Made by a program: the position numbers and the translations under genes. DNA of 63,176 nucleotides, counting the filler, from Porpidia crustulata (lineage: Eukaryota), in assembly GCA_964255105.1 (NCBI GenBank). It is 7 parts of 7 records of this genome, joined end to end, with 100 filler letters (N's around TTAATTAATTAA, not from the genome) between each part and the next. Parts side by side here need not be neighbours in the genome. Positions count along the whole stretch, not along the records: positions 45,237 to 54,160 come from CAXUWE010001026.1; positions 54,261 to 63,176 come from CAXUWE010001027.1; 5 more parts are not named here. One strand, 5' to 3'. Every line of letters starts with the position of its first letter. Positions within the stretch are counted from its first letter, which is position 1. Below are positions 47,423-60,546 of this stretch, in pieces. Under the pieces are notes generated by a model that saw only the letters and a program-made list of their open reading frames with translations, searched no databases and was not told the DNA's origin.

Positions 47423-49786
47423 TCAAAGCACCCGACCCCGCGACGTCACCTTCGCGCGATCCACCGTCTCAAGCGAGCCGCTACCCTCCCATCTCGACGC
47501 CTCTAAGTCCTCATTCGTAACAAAAGACCTATCGGCCGCGTCTCGAGGATGCACGCAGTCCTCGTACATCCTCGACCACACTGTGGCTCCGCCCTCACCG
47601 AGCCCAGCCGGAAGCTCGAGCTCCGGGTACTCGAGTACCCCTCCGGCCGAGATGGAAGAGCGATGGCCCTTGTCGAAGCCTCGCAGTTCGACATGCGACC
47701 GATAAAGTCGACCGAGTGTGTTGGTAATATTTTTCCGGAAGTGGAGGCTCCGGCTCTTCCTCTTATCCATTTCGGGGTGGATGCCGAAAGGCTTGTCGTT
47801 GGGTTTCAAGGTCTTGGTGATGTTTGTGGCAAAGTCACGAGTATGCACTCCGTCAGAACTGCTCGCTGGTGAAGAAGATCTTTCGGCGCGGGTGTGACTT
47901 GGAAAACGAGCCCAAGAGCCTGATGATCGCGCCGACGAGGTATCGCGTCCCTTTCTGTGTGTCGTATTAGTAGATCTTGTAGAATCCACCCTTTCTTCTG
48001 AGGGTGACAAGCTTCTAAGGGATGACGAAGATAGATGAGTGTCCAATTTACGCAATATCGGTCGTCGGCGTCCACGATTGCTACGTTCTGGCACTGCAAG
48101 TTTTGGAACTGAACTAGCAGTATCTTGTGATACACTGGCTTGCCTTGTGACAGCCACGCTACCTTTCCTTCGAGGTAACATGCTAGTTCGCCTCGTCTTG
48201 TTTGACATAGCAGCATCCCCTTCTGCGTGGAAAGCTTTCTCCCATAAAGAGGTTACCTCCTTGTTTTCCACGTTTAAAAGATCGTAGGCTGTCGATTGGC
48301 GTCTAGTTGCAGAACGTGGTTCACGACTCCCGTCGAGATTAGGTATACTTTTCCGACTATTATTATGGGATGAATAGACAGAGGATGCAATATTTTTGGG
48401 CGGATATTTCCGTCGCATACCATTGCTAAGATACCGTGCAGTATGTTTTTGACCGCTCTGAGCTTCGACAGCCGTACCGGGAAATGTTTCTTCCAAAACA
48501 GAACTTCGTGTACTGTACTGAGAGCTGCTCCTATACGTATTAGGCGGCCTTGAGTACATAGAGCTGCTCCTGCGTTGGTGCGCCTGGCCCGAACCTGAGT
48601 CAAGTCGAGATAGCGACTGTGATATTCGAATTTGTCGTTTTACTGCGGTATGGGTAGAGTGCGTCCCTTTCTGACCCGTCGACTTCAGGTCTATCTGCGC
48701 GCGATGATCTGCTGCTCCATCAATGCCACCAAACCCCAGCTCCTCAATGGCAGGGTCGCAATTTGCCCCGTGGGCATGTGGTACTTCGTGGCTCAGTTCT
48801 CCGACATGGCCAAATTGTAGTCTCATGTTGGGAGTAGATCGTCCAAATAAGCCAGATGCCCCCTTGACCCGGATTCCAGGTCTGACTCTATCGAATTTTC
48901 CTTTGGCTGTGTCCAACGACTCGACCGGTGCCTTTCGCAAACTCAAGCGAGACCTTTTGGGTATCACAAGGTTGTTGAAATGGAACGGACTAGAGGACTG
49001 TCCCGAAGTCAACCGAATCTCCGGTTCAGTCACAGTGCGAGTTGGATGCTGTCCGCCAAGAAACGCCGCTGGCGCACTCTTCTTCTTCCGTAAAACCTTG
49101 CGGACCGTCAACCCATCCTGTATCGTCGTGATTTTTGGCGAGTACTTCTCGGGTTTACTCTGGCCGCTAAACTTTCTATCGGACGTCTGTGACGGATCAC
49201 CCGGTCTAAACGCCACGGGAATATCCCCACGGACACTCTGCTCAAACCCTTCGCCCCGACCCAGAGTGAGCTGCGGTGTCACAATTACCACCGCATCCTC
49301 GTCATAGCCCCCATTGCTTGCCGACCGGTCCCTCAGCAGATCCTCTTGCAAGCGCCGGTGCAACGCCTGCTTTAGCTCCTGCCGTCGGCGAATCTCTTCA
49401 TCACTCGGGCTGCGCCGCAACCGCATCCGCGAGCTTTTCCTTGATAGCCCCGACTCCCGAGACATCTTCCTCTTCAGCCTCTCCGCGAGGTTGGGCAACC
49501 GCCCACCGCTGCCCTTGTGCCGGACGGTCGCCAGCGGTAGCTCCCGCTTAGTTCGTTTCTTCCGCGTCGTGTGTTGAGGTGTGTTAGTGTCTTGGGAAGA
49601 GGCGAAGAGCTCCCGGATCTCCCGAGACTGCGCGCTGCCCATGGTCGAGGCCGGAGTGATGAAGGGGATCGGATCGAGGGTCCGGACTGGGGACGTTTCA
49701 CTTTGCGGCAGAGGTTGGATGACTCGACTGTTGGGGAGATCGGGCGATGGGGATCTCTGGTAGCTACAACAGTTGATGGCAGACAT
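47423..49786 (-). CDS. Hypothetical Ser/Arg-rich, largely disordered protein (about 787 aa, single exon)
   Basis: 2.4-kb uninterrupted ORF with conserved-looking islands (RRQELKQALHRRLQEDLL, SLWEKAF, SWARFPSHTRAER, GGVLEYPELEL, VWSRMYEDCV). Confidence 0.75.
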   Translation of the reverse strand: MSAINCCSYQRSPSPDLPNSRVIQPLPQSETSPVRTLDPIPFITPASTMGSAQSREIRELFASSQDTNTPQHTTRKKRTKRELPLATVRHKGSGGRLPNLAERLKRKMSRESGLSRKSSRMRLRRSPSDEEIRRRQELKQALHRRLQEDLLRDRSASNGGYDEDAVVIVTPQLTLGRGEGFEQSVRGDIPVAFRPGDPSQTSDRKFSGQSKPEKYSPKITTIQDGLTVRKVLRKKKSAPAAFLGGQHPTRTVTEPEIRLTSGQSSSPFHFNNLVIPKRSRLSLRKAPVESLDTAKGKFDRVRPGIRVKGASGLFGRSTPNMRLQFGHVGELSHEVPHAHGANCDPAIEELGFGGIDGAADHRAQIDLKSTGQKGTHSTHTAVKRQIRISQSLSRLDSGSGQAHQRRSSSMYSRPPNTYRSSSQYSTRSSVLEETFPGTAVEAQSGQKHTARYLSNGMRRKYPPKNIASSVYSSHNNSRKSIPNLDGSREPRSATRRQSTAYDLLNVENKEVTSLWEKAFHAEGDAAMSNKTRRTSMLPRRKGSVAVTRQASVSQDTASSVPKLAVPERSNRGRRRPILRKLDTHLSSSSLRSLSPSEERVDSTRSTNTTHRKGRDTSSARSSGSWARFPSHTRAERSSSPASSSDGVHTRDFATNITKTLKPNDKPFGIHPEMDKRKSRSLHFRKNITNTLGRLYRSHVELRGFDKGHRSSISAGGVLEYPELELPAGLGEGGATVWSRMYEDCVHPRDAADRSFVTNEDLEASRWEGSGSLETVDRAKVTSRGRVL

Positions 49787-50440
49787 GGAACTGTCGATTG
49801 AAAATCGTGAGAGGTGTAATCGATGGTGAAATGGAGGACTAGGGATAGTAGGTAACATGAATATAGTCTAAGCTTAGCAATGTACTGAGAAGAGAGGAAA
49901 GGAACGTTGGGTCAAGGCGCAATCACCTCGGAATTGCGCCTGCTCTCCATTCGACATAAACCAAGTTATGAAATTCATGTAGTAGACGGAAGAGATAGAG
50001 GCAGAAGGCACGATCTGTTCAACCTGCTGGTGCGATTACACCTGACATACTCCATTGCACGGATGAAACAGAGAGAGAAGAGAGAATAGTCAATTTAAGT
50101 CATTACATCGATCACGAAGGAGCGCGATGTTGAGGATGCATCTCAACGTGAGTCAAGGCAGTAGTTGCCCGAATAATATTTTAGTATTTCCTAATGGCGC
50201 CGTTAGGCAGCGCCTATCCCTTCCTTTTGGTGCTCGGTTGAGGAGAGCACCAGCAAAAGGGGAATCCGCTATGCAATGTTGAAAGCTAAGATACAGTTTA
50301 TGACGCTTTTAGAGGTTCCAGATTGGTATCGCCTCCCCAAAAACGCCGATGTTGAGATCGAATATGTCTATTATTATCCCTATTTTCTTATGCCGAGTCA
50401 TGCTGTTGAACATTTCATCGTTATACATCACGAGGCTAAT

Positions 50441-52956
50441 CTAGGCCTTCGTATATTTTTGGCGGTAGTATTTGGCTGCGTTGACCATGTTCGTAATGGC
50501 AGGTTTCGTTTCCTTCCATTGACGGGTCTTCAGGCCGCAGTCGGGGTCAATCCAGAGTTGATCTGGACTGAGGTATTGAAGCATTTCTTGGATTCTGTCT
50601 TTGATCTCCTGCTCACTTGGGATACGAGGGGAGTGAATATCGTAGACGCCAGGTCCAATTTGCCTGGGGTATTTTGAGTCGACAAAGACTTTGAGCAACT
50701 TTGCGTCGCTCTTGCTGTTTTCGATACTGAGCACATCGGCGTCTAGCGCTGCGATGGCGTGGAAGAAATCTTGGAATTCAGAGTAGCAGAAATGAGAATG
50801 GATTTGAGTGGCGTCTGTTACGCCGCAAACAGACAGACGGAAAGAGTTGACAGCCCATGATAGGTAGTTTTCGCGTTCCTTCCCAGCTCGGAGTGGGAGA
50901 CCCTCACGAAGGGCTGGTTCGTCGACTTGAATAACATAGATTCCAGCCGCCTCGAGATCAACCACCTCATCGCGTAGAGCAAGAGCTAGCTGCTCGGCTT
51001 GCGAAGATTGGTGGATGTCATCACGAGGGAAAGACCATCTCAAACAGGTAATGGGTCCTGTGAGCATGCCTTTCATTGGTTTCTTCGAGATCGATGCCGC
51101 GTACTTCGACTCTTTCACAGTCATAGGATGAGGCCGTGAGATGTCTCCAACAATGATTGGAGGACGCACGCATCGTGAACCATAGCTTTGTACCCAGCCG
51201 TGGGTTGTGAAGGCGTAGCCGTTGAGACGTTCTCCAAAATACTGCACCATATCATTACGCTCAGGCTCACCGTGAACGTAGACATCGAGCTCAAGCTCTT
51301 CCTGTATCTTAACAACATCTTGAATCTCCTTCTCGATGAACTTCTCATACTGTTCGGCTGTGATTTCACCCTTTGTGAATTTGTTCCTCTGGACTCGGAT
51401 TTCCTTGGTTTGGGGAAAAGACCCGATTGTTGTGGTGGGGAACATTGGTAGGTTGAGCTTCTCTTGTTGTTGAGCAATTCTGGTGGGAAATTCCGAGTTT
51501 CGTTTGTACATTTGCTCGGTGATCTTAGATACTCTCTCCTTGACCTTAGGGTCGTTGGTTAACTTTGAGCTGGCACGAGCATGCATTGATTTAGCATTAG
51601 ATTCGAGCTGCTCTCGCACACTGTCAGGTCCGCTTGTGACAGCCTTGGCAATGACAGCTAATTCATGGGTTTTTTGGACCGCAAAGCTGAACCAATCCTT
51701 GACTTCGGCATCAAGTTTCTTCTCGCTCTCGAGAGTGTGGGGAGTGTGCAGCAGTGAGCTCGAGCTGGCAACAATGACACGTTCCTTTCCGAGTTTCTGG
51801 GTCGCCTTCTCGACCATCTCAATAGCCTTCTTGAAATTCGTTTTCCAGATGTTACGACCGTCGACAACTCCGACGGAAAGAATTTGCTTTGGGCCAAGGG
51901 CTCCGACGACCACGTCAAATTGCTCGGGATGTCGGACAAGATCAACATGTACAGCGTAGAGTTCCTGTGTTGATGAGAGAACGTCAATGTTGTGGTTGAT
52001 ATCGCCAAAATACGTGGTGAAAACCAGCTTTGGGATCTTGGAGCCAAGTTTGGTGAGTAGCTCGTAAGCCGGCTTGAAGGCTGCCTTCACCTTGGAAGGC
52101 AAGTCAAATACTAGGCAAGGCTCATCAATTTGGACAGTCTCGGCGCCAGCATCTTTAAGCTTAATAAGCAGCTCCTCATAGACTGGCAAGAGTTTATCCA
52201 GCAGACTGATAGGCTCAACTGTCTGATCACGATCTGCTTTTCCGAGGGCGAGGAACGAGACAGGTCCTACAAGGACTGGGCGAGTAACGATACCGGCTTC
52301 TTTCGCTTCAAGGAACTCTACGACAGGCTTAGGGTTTGATGATAGTTTGAAGGTCTGGCCGTCTTGAAATGTCGGCTTGACGTAATGATAGTTGGAATCA
52401 AACCATTTCACCATCTCCTGTAAGTTTGGTAAGTATTGTAAATTTTATGTAATCCGGATAAGAGTTCCCATTGATCACTTACAAGACTAGGAACATCGAT
52501 AGCAGCTGCGGCATCAGATTGTGGTTTCTGGAGACCCCTACCCATAGCAAAGAACTCATCGATGGGGTCGAGTTTGTATTTGGTGTATCGTTCCGGTATG
52601 ACCTAGAACAAGATTTAGTGCGTAATTCGGATAAGTTGTTAAACATGTTGTTAAACACCATTTTCTACTTACACCAAAGAATTGAATGTGGTTAAGGACA
52701 TGGTCATAGAATGAGAAGTCGTTGCTCGGAATTACGTCAATGCCTGCATCCTTCTGTATTTTCCAATGCGCAAGACGGATACGTTTGCCCTCTGCGAGGA
52801 GATCACTCTGGGACAATTTTCCTGCCCAGTAGGCTTCGGTTGCTTTCTTGAGGTCACGGTCCACGCCCATACGAGGGAAACCGAGGACAGCCCTAAGTTT
52901 ATGAGTAGAAAGTTCACAAAGGCAAGCATGGTTGGTACTACATACGATTGAACCAT
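50441..52956 (-). CDS. MET6: Cobalamin-independent methionine synthase
   Basis: MVQS|AVLGFPRMG...DFSFYDHVL...EMVKWFDSNYHYVKP...PTTTIGSFPQT...HGEPERNDMVQYFGE...WVQSYGSRCVRPP...HFCYSE...PDCGLKTR (Zn ligands). 3 introns. Confidence 0.98.
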
Positions 52957-53074
52957 TTTGGCGGTGAAGGTCCGATATCGTAGATTGCGGGGTAGAATTT
53001 GATGGGCTATACGTAGAGATTTGAGATGAAAGCAAGGTGCTGCAAGTGATTTACACAGAAGGTATGGCAAGGTG

Positions 53075-53160
53075 GTAGAAGGAAGAGGAAGAGGAGTAGG
53101 GAGTGGGAGTGGAAGTGGATGTGGGTGTGGAAGAGGAAGAGAAAGAGTGTGAGGAAGAGG
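53075..53160. promoter_or_regulatory. Purine/pyrimidine-biased degenerate hexamer tract upstream of MET6 (CT-box-like on the coding strand)
   Basis: GGAAGA/GGAGTG-type degenerate repeats about 120-200 bp upstream of the MET6 ATG. CT-rich boxes are common near transcription starts of highly expressed fungal genes. Confidence 0.4.
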
Positions 53161-53887
53161 TTTATCGGAACCGGAGCTTCTGGATGTGAGATGGTGGGGG
53201 ATCGAATATTTTCGCAATCCAGGGAATCGGGCAGTAAGCACGCTAGCCTCAACGGGACACGTTTCGGGGCATAAACCTATCGGCTATTACTCGGGAATAA
53301 TATTAATATTGATATATGATACGGGTCAATTCCTTCAAAGACAACAGCTTTGTAGAGTGGAATGATTCAATTTCAAGAGTGATTTATTTGTGCAAGATGT
53401 CGGCTGTGAACTTATGCTGTCTAAGTCCCGACAAGAGACAAGGTCTATCGCCGATGCATCACACGCAGACGTATATCGAGATGGTTTCCACAGCATTCAA
53501 AATATCCTGTACACCGATAGGACCTGTAGATCAAGCAGCCTGGCTCTCCGACGTTCGGCAACCTTAGTAATCACAGCAGACTCGAATTATACAATCCATG
53601 TCGGCGAATTGATTTCGCATTACCAGTAGGAGTTGTCTGCCGAAAGAAGACTTCGTGGGACAACTGTTAACTGCATATCATTACTGCTATTCGACGAGTC
53701 ACCTGATGAAAACGAAGAAGATCATCCAGCGAATTTCGTGCATTTGGAGTGGAGTTGAAGCGCATCCACCTCGACTTGGTGGAGAAAGTGCGTGGGTGAG
53801 ATCCGATGATGTCACCAGTTATCCCTCCGCAAACCCATTCCACTATATCTTCATCTACCGCTCCACCCCTTCAACACCGGAACCACC

Positions 53888-54160
53888 ATGGCACTCATAG
53901 AATCATGGCTTCCTCCCTCGCGAGAGCACTGGGAATGGCTCGTGTTTCTATGGCAATTCTTCCCCCTCGTCCGTACCCCTCCCCAAGTATCCCGGAATCT
54001 CCAAACACGGCTGATTCCGATTCCTCCAGTTTACCTCCTACCAATGGATCATAGACTACTACCCAATGGGTAAAACCTCCACCGAGTCCCGCTTCAATAT
54101 CCCCGGGAGGATCGGCTGGGTGACAATGGAAGCCCCCGGCTTCATCACCCTCTTGTACAT
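53888..54160 (+). CDS. 3-oxo-5-alpha-steroid 4-dehydrogenase (steroid 5-alpha-reductase family), 5' fragment
   Basis: MALIESWLPPSREHWEWLVFLWQFFPL|FTSYQWIIDYYPMGKTSTESRFNIPGRIGWVTMEAPGF; the P.+.GW..ME.P motif is characteristic of the family. Confidence 0.8.
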
Positions 54161-54260
54161 NNNNNNNNNNNNNNNNNNNNNNNNNNNNNNNNNNNNNNNN
54201 NNNNTTAATTAATTAANNNNNNNNNNNNNNNNNNNNNNNNNNNNNNNNNNNNNNNNNNNN
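54161..54260. other. Artificial contig linker
   Basis: N44-TTAATTAATTAA-N44. Confidence 0.99.
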
Positions 54261-54693
54261 GGTGGAGGTGGATGTCGTTATGATTCGAGATCATACTTCA
54301 GCTAGCTGTAGGTATGGATGAACGGGAGATGAAAAGGACATGGGTGGAGGGAAAAAGGGGTTTGTAGCATGGAATGTCATCGAGGGAAGCTTTTCTTTGC
54401 ATGCAAGGTAATTCAACGTCACGCGAGACATTGGGTTTTAGCGGAGATCATGAGACACGAATATTTTAAAAAGTAAATCCATGCCCTTCCGTTTTTAAGG
54501 CCTGACTTACTTATGCAATGAGAAACGTTGACTCTCAGCCGTTGGTGTCACCTATGTCGTCCAAAATCCTGGTATCATGCACACCCACCCTCCATGCATC
54601 CGGTTCCAAGCCCCTAACTTTGCCAACGCCTTATACTCCTTCAATACACAGTCCAAAAGGCCCACCGCATCGCGTCAGGTCTCATTGCTGGAC

Positions 54694-56497
54694 TCATACA
54701 TCGCCCTTGCCCCCCGTCACCTTTGCAGCTTGCACGGCGCTCAGCTTTTGCGTCCAGGCTTGAGCAGGCTGGATCTTCTTGACGGTGCGAAGCTCGTCAG
54801 ATGCATAGCCGGGGACGCGGATGTTGTAATTGCGCTCGAGGATCAGCTGGATGTCCCGCAATTCGAGAGTCGAAGAGGCGCGGAGCTTGGCCAGGCGGCA
54901 GGCACTGACAATGACTTGGTCGACGAAGTCGTCGGCGACCTGCAGAAGAGTCTAATTCCATAGTCAGTGGATAAGCGCCAGACGGCAACTTTAGAATTAC
55001 CTCTTCAACTTCGGCCGTCAGTCCTTCCTCCTCTTCACCTTCACCCCCGCCCCCTCCAGTGACTTGTCTCACAAGCTCCTGCAATTTTTTCTTGCTGAGA
55101 ACTCGTTCTCCTTCGCCTTCGAGCACATAACCAGGGTGCTTCTGGATTGCAGGTTGGCCCATGGACCCTTGTGCACCATTACTCGGTCCACCAGTAAGAG
55201 TCGGTCGTGCGGGGCCCATGGCGACAGGTTGAGGTTGGGGAATTTTGAGGTCCTTTGGGATTGGCATTTTCACGTTATTATTGTTTTGTGGGTCGCGGTT
55301 ACCCATTTGAGGATGAGCGTGTGTCGAAGATTGTGGAGTAGATTGCTGATAATTCGGTTGCGCATAGGACCGAGCAGCTTGATCTACAGCGGCTCTATGT
55401 GAAAGCGGATGAGGCCCTTGTGAAGAGGGTGCGGAATGAGGGTTTGCAACCTGCGGTGGAGTTTGGATCTGATGTGGTTGGCCTGCACTAGTGTTAATAT
55501 TGAGATTGAGATGTGAATTTTGTGGTTGGCCTTGGGCGATTCCAACCTGGGAAGTGGAGCCCTGACTCGCTGGCTGTGGCATTGGTTGTGCAGTACCTGC
55601 AGGACTCATCGCGGAGCGATTCGCTGGACCTGCTTGGTTCCTAGCAGCATCTAGCGCCGAACTAATAGTGTGTGGTTGACCTTGGTGCTCTGAAGGCAGT
55701 TGTGACTGAGGAGGCTGTAAGCCCACATCACCAGTTTGTGAATGATCGGAATTTGGTAATTGTAAATTCGGGTTTGGAGGGGGATGATTCCCTAGATTGC
55801 CTAGAGTGCTAGTTTGATTTTGGTGCTGCTTATAGCTGTCCTGTTGGCCTTTGAATCTATTGAGATAGTCCTTAGATTCCTGCTGCGAGCGCTGATACGA
55901 GTGCTTGTGATGGTTGAGTTTCTGTTCGTCCTCTGCACTAAAGGATTTTCCCTGAGCTTGGCGAGTCGAGGCAATTTGGCTAAGTTCGTTCAATTTGGTC
56001 GATGACGTTTCATATCTCTGATAATACTGAGCAAATTTGTGTTGTGCATCTCGTATCCATTGTTGGGATGCTTCTTGCCCTTGTGCACTAACGTTTGGCG
56101 GCACAATAAAACTTTGGCTTCGAAGAGCCCTCATGGTATTCTCCGAGAAGACTTCACGACCCTGCGGTTGGGGGCCGCCAGATAGTCGCACATCTTGTTG
56201 TAACGGCTGACCCTGGTTCAAAGGTCTCATACCATTTTGCTGTTGCGCGGGATCTGGTTGATTTCTCTTGATATTTTGTTTGATGTTATTAGAGACCTCC
56301 GCTAGCTTCTTGTGAGCTGCTACATGGTCGGGGTGACCCTCTGGGAAATTCTTCATCTGTTGCCATAATTTGGTGATTCCTGCCGTATAGGAACTCCGTT
56401 GTTGGTCTGTGAAATGTTGGATCTTGGCAACTTGATCAGGCTTTATCAAGGATCTAGGGTCTGGGAGCGGCGGCTGGGTAGGAGGTATGTTACTCAT
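54694..56497 (-). CDS. TAF12: TFIID/SAGA subunit Taf12
   Basis: Q/P-rich N-terminus, then histone fold [15 protein letters not shown]...[56 protein letters not shown]. Confidence 0.95.
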
Positions 56498-57095
56498 GAT
56501 GCGCCTTGTAGAGCTTGGTAGCAAGATGACCGTGTGCGAGTAAGAATAAGCAGTAACAATGATGGCTTGACACACACAGGAGATTGACCAGATAGTGGGT
56601 TGTTGGAAGCGTCCACCTTGAAGCACGCATGCAACATAAAGGCAGGTAGGATGAGGACGAAGGCTGGATTTTGTTGGTCGAAAGCTGTTCAAATAGTTTC
56701 GTGGTAATGATGGTGGGGGATGGTCCGAGCTTCCCCTTGTGCGGCTTAAAAACAGAGTTTCACTTTCGGCAGATTCTCATGTTAGATAAACATGCAATGA
56801 CTTTTAAAAGTCCGTCATACTCATCTTGATCTATGCTCTCACATTTTGACGAATGATATCTCCCTACAGCTTTTGTGACTTACTTAAATTGTCTGTCAAC
56901 CTTGGATGAATAGTGTCCAATAAAACATCCAAGACGATCGCGCAGACTTCATATAGAGCACTGAATATGCGACCACATCACGCGCAAAGGTGCGAGCTAA
57001 TCAATTATGGGAAGAGCTTCACCCGCGAAAGCTAGTCCAAGTAGACGTGTCGGATTTAATACTTCCATCCAGTCTGTCTTTGACCAACTTTCCAC

Positions 57096-58647
57096 TTAAT
57101 CCTCTGCAAACAGAGGTTGGCCACTTGCCTTTCCAATAGCCTCAACACGAAAGCCAAGCTCTTTCAACTCACCACCATCCAGAATGTCTCGCCCGTCAAA
57201 AACAAACATTGGCTTCCTCATGGATGTTGCGATGCGAGACCAATTCAGTCTCGCGGCACTTCTTTTGACACCGCAGGTAGAAGGCTTATTGGAGAATTCG
57301 TCCCATTCAGTCACCACAACTACTGCATCCGCGCCTTTACAAGCAGAATAGGCTGACTGGCAGATTTCGACTGCTGCCATCAAGGACTCCATGTCGTTTC
57401 CATCGTCCTCTAGCTCCCTTAATATCTGCTCACTTCCAACTTGGGGATCGTAAATGGCAACTTGAGCTTTTTCCGCAACAAAATTGCCAACGAGCGTTAT
57501 AGCGGGCGACTCGCGTGTATCACTAGTATTGGCTTTAAATGCAAAGCCTAGTATGGCAATTCTTTTTCCAGTAAGGTTGTTGAAGAGACACGAAATTATT
57601 CGGTTGGTAAAGCGTTTCTTCTGATACTCGTTCATGGTGATGACGGCACGCCAGTAGTCTGCAACCTCTGTAAGGTGTAGGGACTCGGATAGGTATACAA
57701 TATTGAAGATATCCTTCTGAAAACAGCTGATACGGTCAGTGTCTTGTCAGGTGGCGATTTGACCGTTCGACGTACCTACCGCCAAAACCTGGACCGGCCT
57801 TTAGCATATGGGGACCAATTCTGGAATCTAACCCGCAAGCATGAGTGACCTCGCCTACATCGGCTCCTGTAGCTTCGCAGATAGCGCTCAGTGCGTTGAC
57901 GCTGCTTATTCTCTGAGCTAGGAGTGCGTTGGCAGCCAATTTGGAGAGCTCAGAAGACCATAAGTTCATCGTTATGATGCGCTCACGTGGGACCCATTGA
58001 CTGTAGACTTCGGCCAGAGCTTCTGCGGCTCGATAACCAGCTGGTGTTGGCATAGATCCAATGATGACCCTGTCTGGCTCTAAGAGATTCCGTACGGCAG
58101 TGCCCTCAGCGAGGAATTCTGGGTTCGATAACACGTCAAAACATACGCCTGGCTGGGCATTTGCTGAGAGCTGAAAATTATTAGTACCTCTGAGATTCGA
58201 ATAGAGGAGAGTGCCTACTATCTCCCGGATAGACTGTGCAGTCCTGCAAGGCACTGTAGACTTTTCTACCACAATCTTATGTGAGGTAGCCACCCTCGCG
58301 ATATTTCTGGTAGCTACTTCAACAAAGCCCAAATCCGCAGCAGTACCTTTTCCTATGCCATGCGCCTTACTTGGTGTATTAACGCATACAAATATCAGAT
58401 CTGCGTCTAGAATGGCTTTGTCGACATTTGTTGAGAAGAAAAGATTCCTTTTACGGGCAGCGCGCACAATATTGTATAGACCAGGCTCGTAAATTGGGAG
58501 AGAGTCTGACTGCCATGCTGCGATGCGCTCTGGATCAAGGTCCACGACTGTCACCTCAATATTGGAGGACTTAAACGCCGTTACTGCAGATGTCGGGCCG
58601 CCAACATAGCCAGAACCCAAGCAGGTGATCTTGGTGATCGTAGACAT
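57096..58647 (-). CDS. UGD1: UDP-glucose 6-dehydrogenase
   Basis: [13 protein letters not shown] (Rossmann), [44 protein letters not shown] (catalytic Cys), [20 protein letters not shown]. 2 introns. Confidence 0.95.
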
Positions 58648-59112
58648 TGCGGTGATGATGAGTTGGCGATCAGCCTTGTTGAAATTGGGAAAGCGGATGA
58701 AGGTGAACAAATGCCCTGATATTGAACGTTTGTTGTCTTCACTCAACAACACAAAAAGGTTAAGAATCCGGACACAGACAGTACAAGTTTTGAGAGCAGC
58801 TATCGGACCATTGATTGTACGCTTAGCTTCATAGTTGGATGATGCATGGTAGTTTCACCTCACTTACAGTATATTTGCGAGATTTCACTGGGTGATGGAG
58901 TCACCTGATGAAAAAGTTACAGGAGACTCTCACTCTTTCAGTATTGACTCTCGTTTGTCCGAGGCCTACCATGCGGCGATTGACTATATCAGCACCGGCC
59001 TACACACATCTCGAGCCCCATACTTGCTACAAAAGAACTTAACAGGACTTACTTCGGAACATATTGAGGTCCCATTTCTCTCGATTCACTTTAGAGCTTC
59101 TTAATTTTATCA

Positions 59113-59977
59113 TCATCTAAGTAAGCCGCCAAGGTCGCGCTCCATACCGCTGACTCGGTCTTCAAGCCCACACTTTTTCTTTTCAAGCTCCCTAATCTCT
59201 TCTTCTTCCCTCCTCAGGTCTTCCGCAGTGACCTGAATTTCCTCAAGCGCCACAGGCACTTCGGGGAATTCTTCGTCATCTCCATCGAATTCATCAGCTT
59301 CACCTTCGTCAAATTCTCCATCATAATCCTTTCGCCTATTTAATTTCGACAACTGCGCGGTTTGCTTTGACAAACGGGACTCATATCGAACGATCGAAGA
59401 GCCTAATTGTTCGTAACGCGATCGCAGAGAGGCAATCTTCTCGACAGCTCCAGGGATTGGACTGAAAGATTAACATTCACACAAAACCATTTCCTAAAGG
59501 TGACTCACTAAATTCCGCACAATTTTTCGGCACCGCTAAGCAATACATCTACATCAACTTCCCCCTTCTCTTTACCTATGCTTGTCCCGCCTTTGCGAAT
59601 TTTCTCTCCTAAGTCCTTTCCCAAGATTCTAGAGACCGCAGAATCCTGTATCGGTACCCCATTCAAGCCTGACCCATTGGTATATCCCCCATGGCCCTTC
59701 GCGCTATGAACCGTACTCCGTCTAGATGTAGATGCTTGATCTGATGGAACTGGAGTAAAGAGAGCACGCTCATGCGTCTCAGTATCTCTTATAAGCGCGG
59801 TGATGTCGTGGGAGTGCAGCAAGGCATTGGTGAAGGTCTTGGGAGGGGGAAACCTGCAGTACTAATGAGCTTGCTCTAGGCCCACTCTCGGCCAGGGTCA
59901 ATCATTGCGTACGGAAGCTCTGCAATTGCTGCTGAAGATAGAGAAACCTGTTCAAGGTGATTTTCGAGTAGTGTCAT
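59113..59977 (-). CDS. SPC34: DASH/Dam1 complex subunit Spc34
   Basis: MTLLENHLEQVSLSSAAIAEL|PFPPPKTFTNALLHSHDITALIRDTETHERALF...DVDVLLSGAEKLCGI|YPIPGAVEKIASLRSRY..., C-terminal coiled coil. Confidence 0.92.
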
Positions 59978-60060
59978 AGCCAGCGATCCATTAGATAAAT
60001 AACCACCTCTCTTTGATGCTTTCAACAAGATTCAAAGTAACATTTTGTCATCTGCTGGTT

Positions 60061-60096
60061 ACGCGTTGCACCGGCGCGGAATCTACGATCACGTGA
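60061..60096. promoter_or_regulatory. MCB element ACGCGT (60061-60066) and E-box TCACGTGA (60089-60096) in the SPC34/RPN3 divergent promoter
   Basis: Exact consensus matches 84-119 bp upstream of the SPC34 ATG. Function not demonstrated. Confidence 0.4.
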
Positions 60097-60546
60097 GCGA
60101 AGACAGAACGGGCACGGCGGCCTCAATGTTGTACCTAGCTTAGATGGACACTACTTCTCTGCATCACCGACAATATTATACTTACTGGTTTCTACACCAA
60201 CACAACAAAGGAACTCAAGATTCACCACCTACGTTCTACCATCAAAGCTGCGGCCCAGTAAATTACAAATTACGGCGAGCGGACTCGATCACTACCACCG
60301 GTTTAACGCGGGCCCAGCAGAGCTTTGACTTTAGCGCTCCTTATCCATCCACGATCATCCACAACGTCTTCAGCCATCCCTCTCACCGTTAGTTTGCATC
60401 ATACTCGTCCGAGTCTGCCGATACTGAACGATCTTGTTGATTAGAGAGATCCTGCTTAGCACTAGATAAGAACCGACCTGAATTTGCCCTTACGGCCTTT
60501 GTTACTCTTCCGCTTCTTCAACGTCAGCTGTTGAACTAGCATAGAT

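Noticed and set aside
42105..58647. Apparent polysaccharide locus (GT2 plus UDP-glucose dehydrogenase)
   Set aside because: The genes lie on different contigs separated by artificial linkers.
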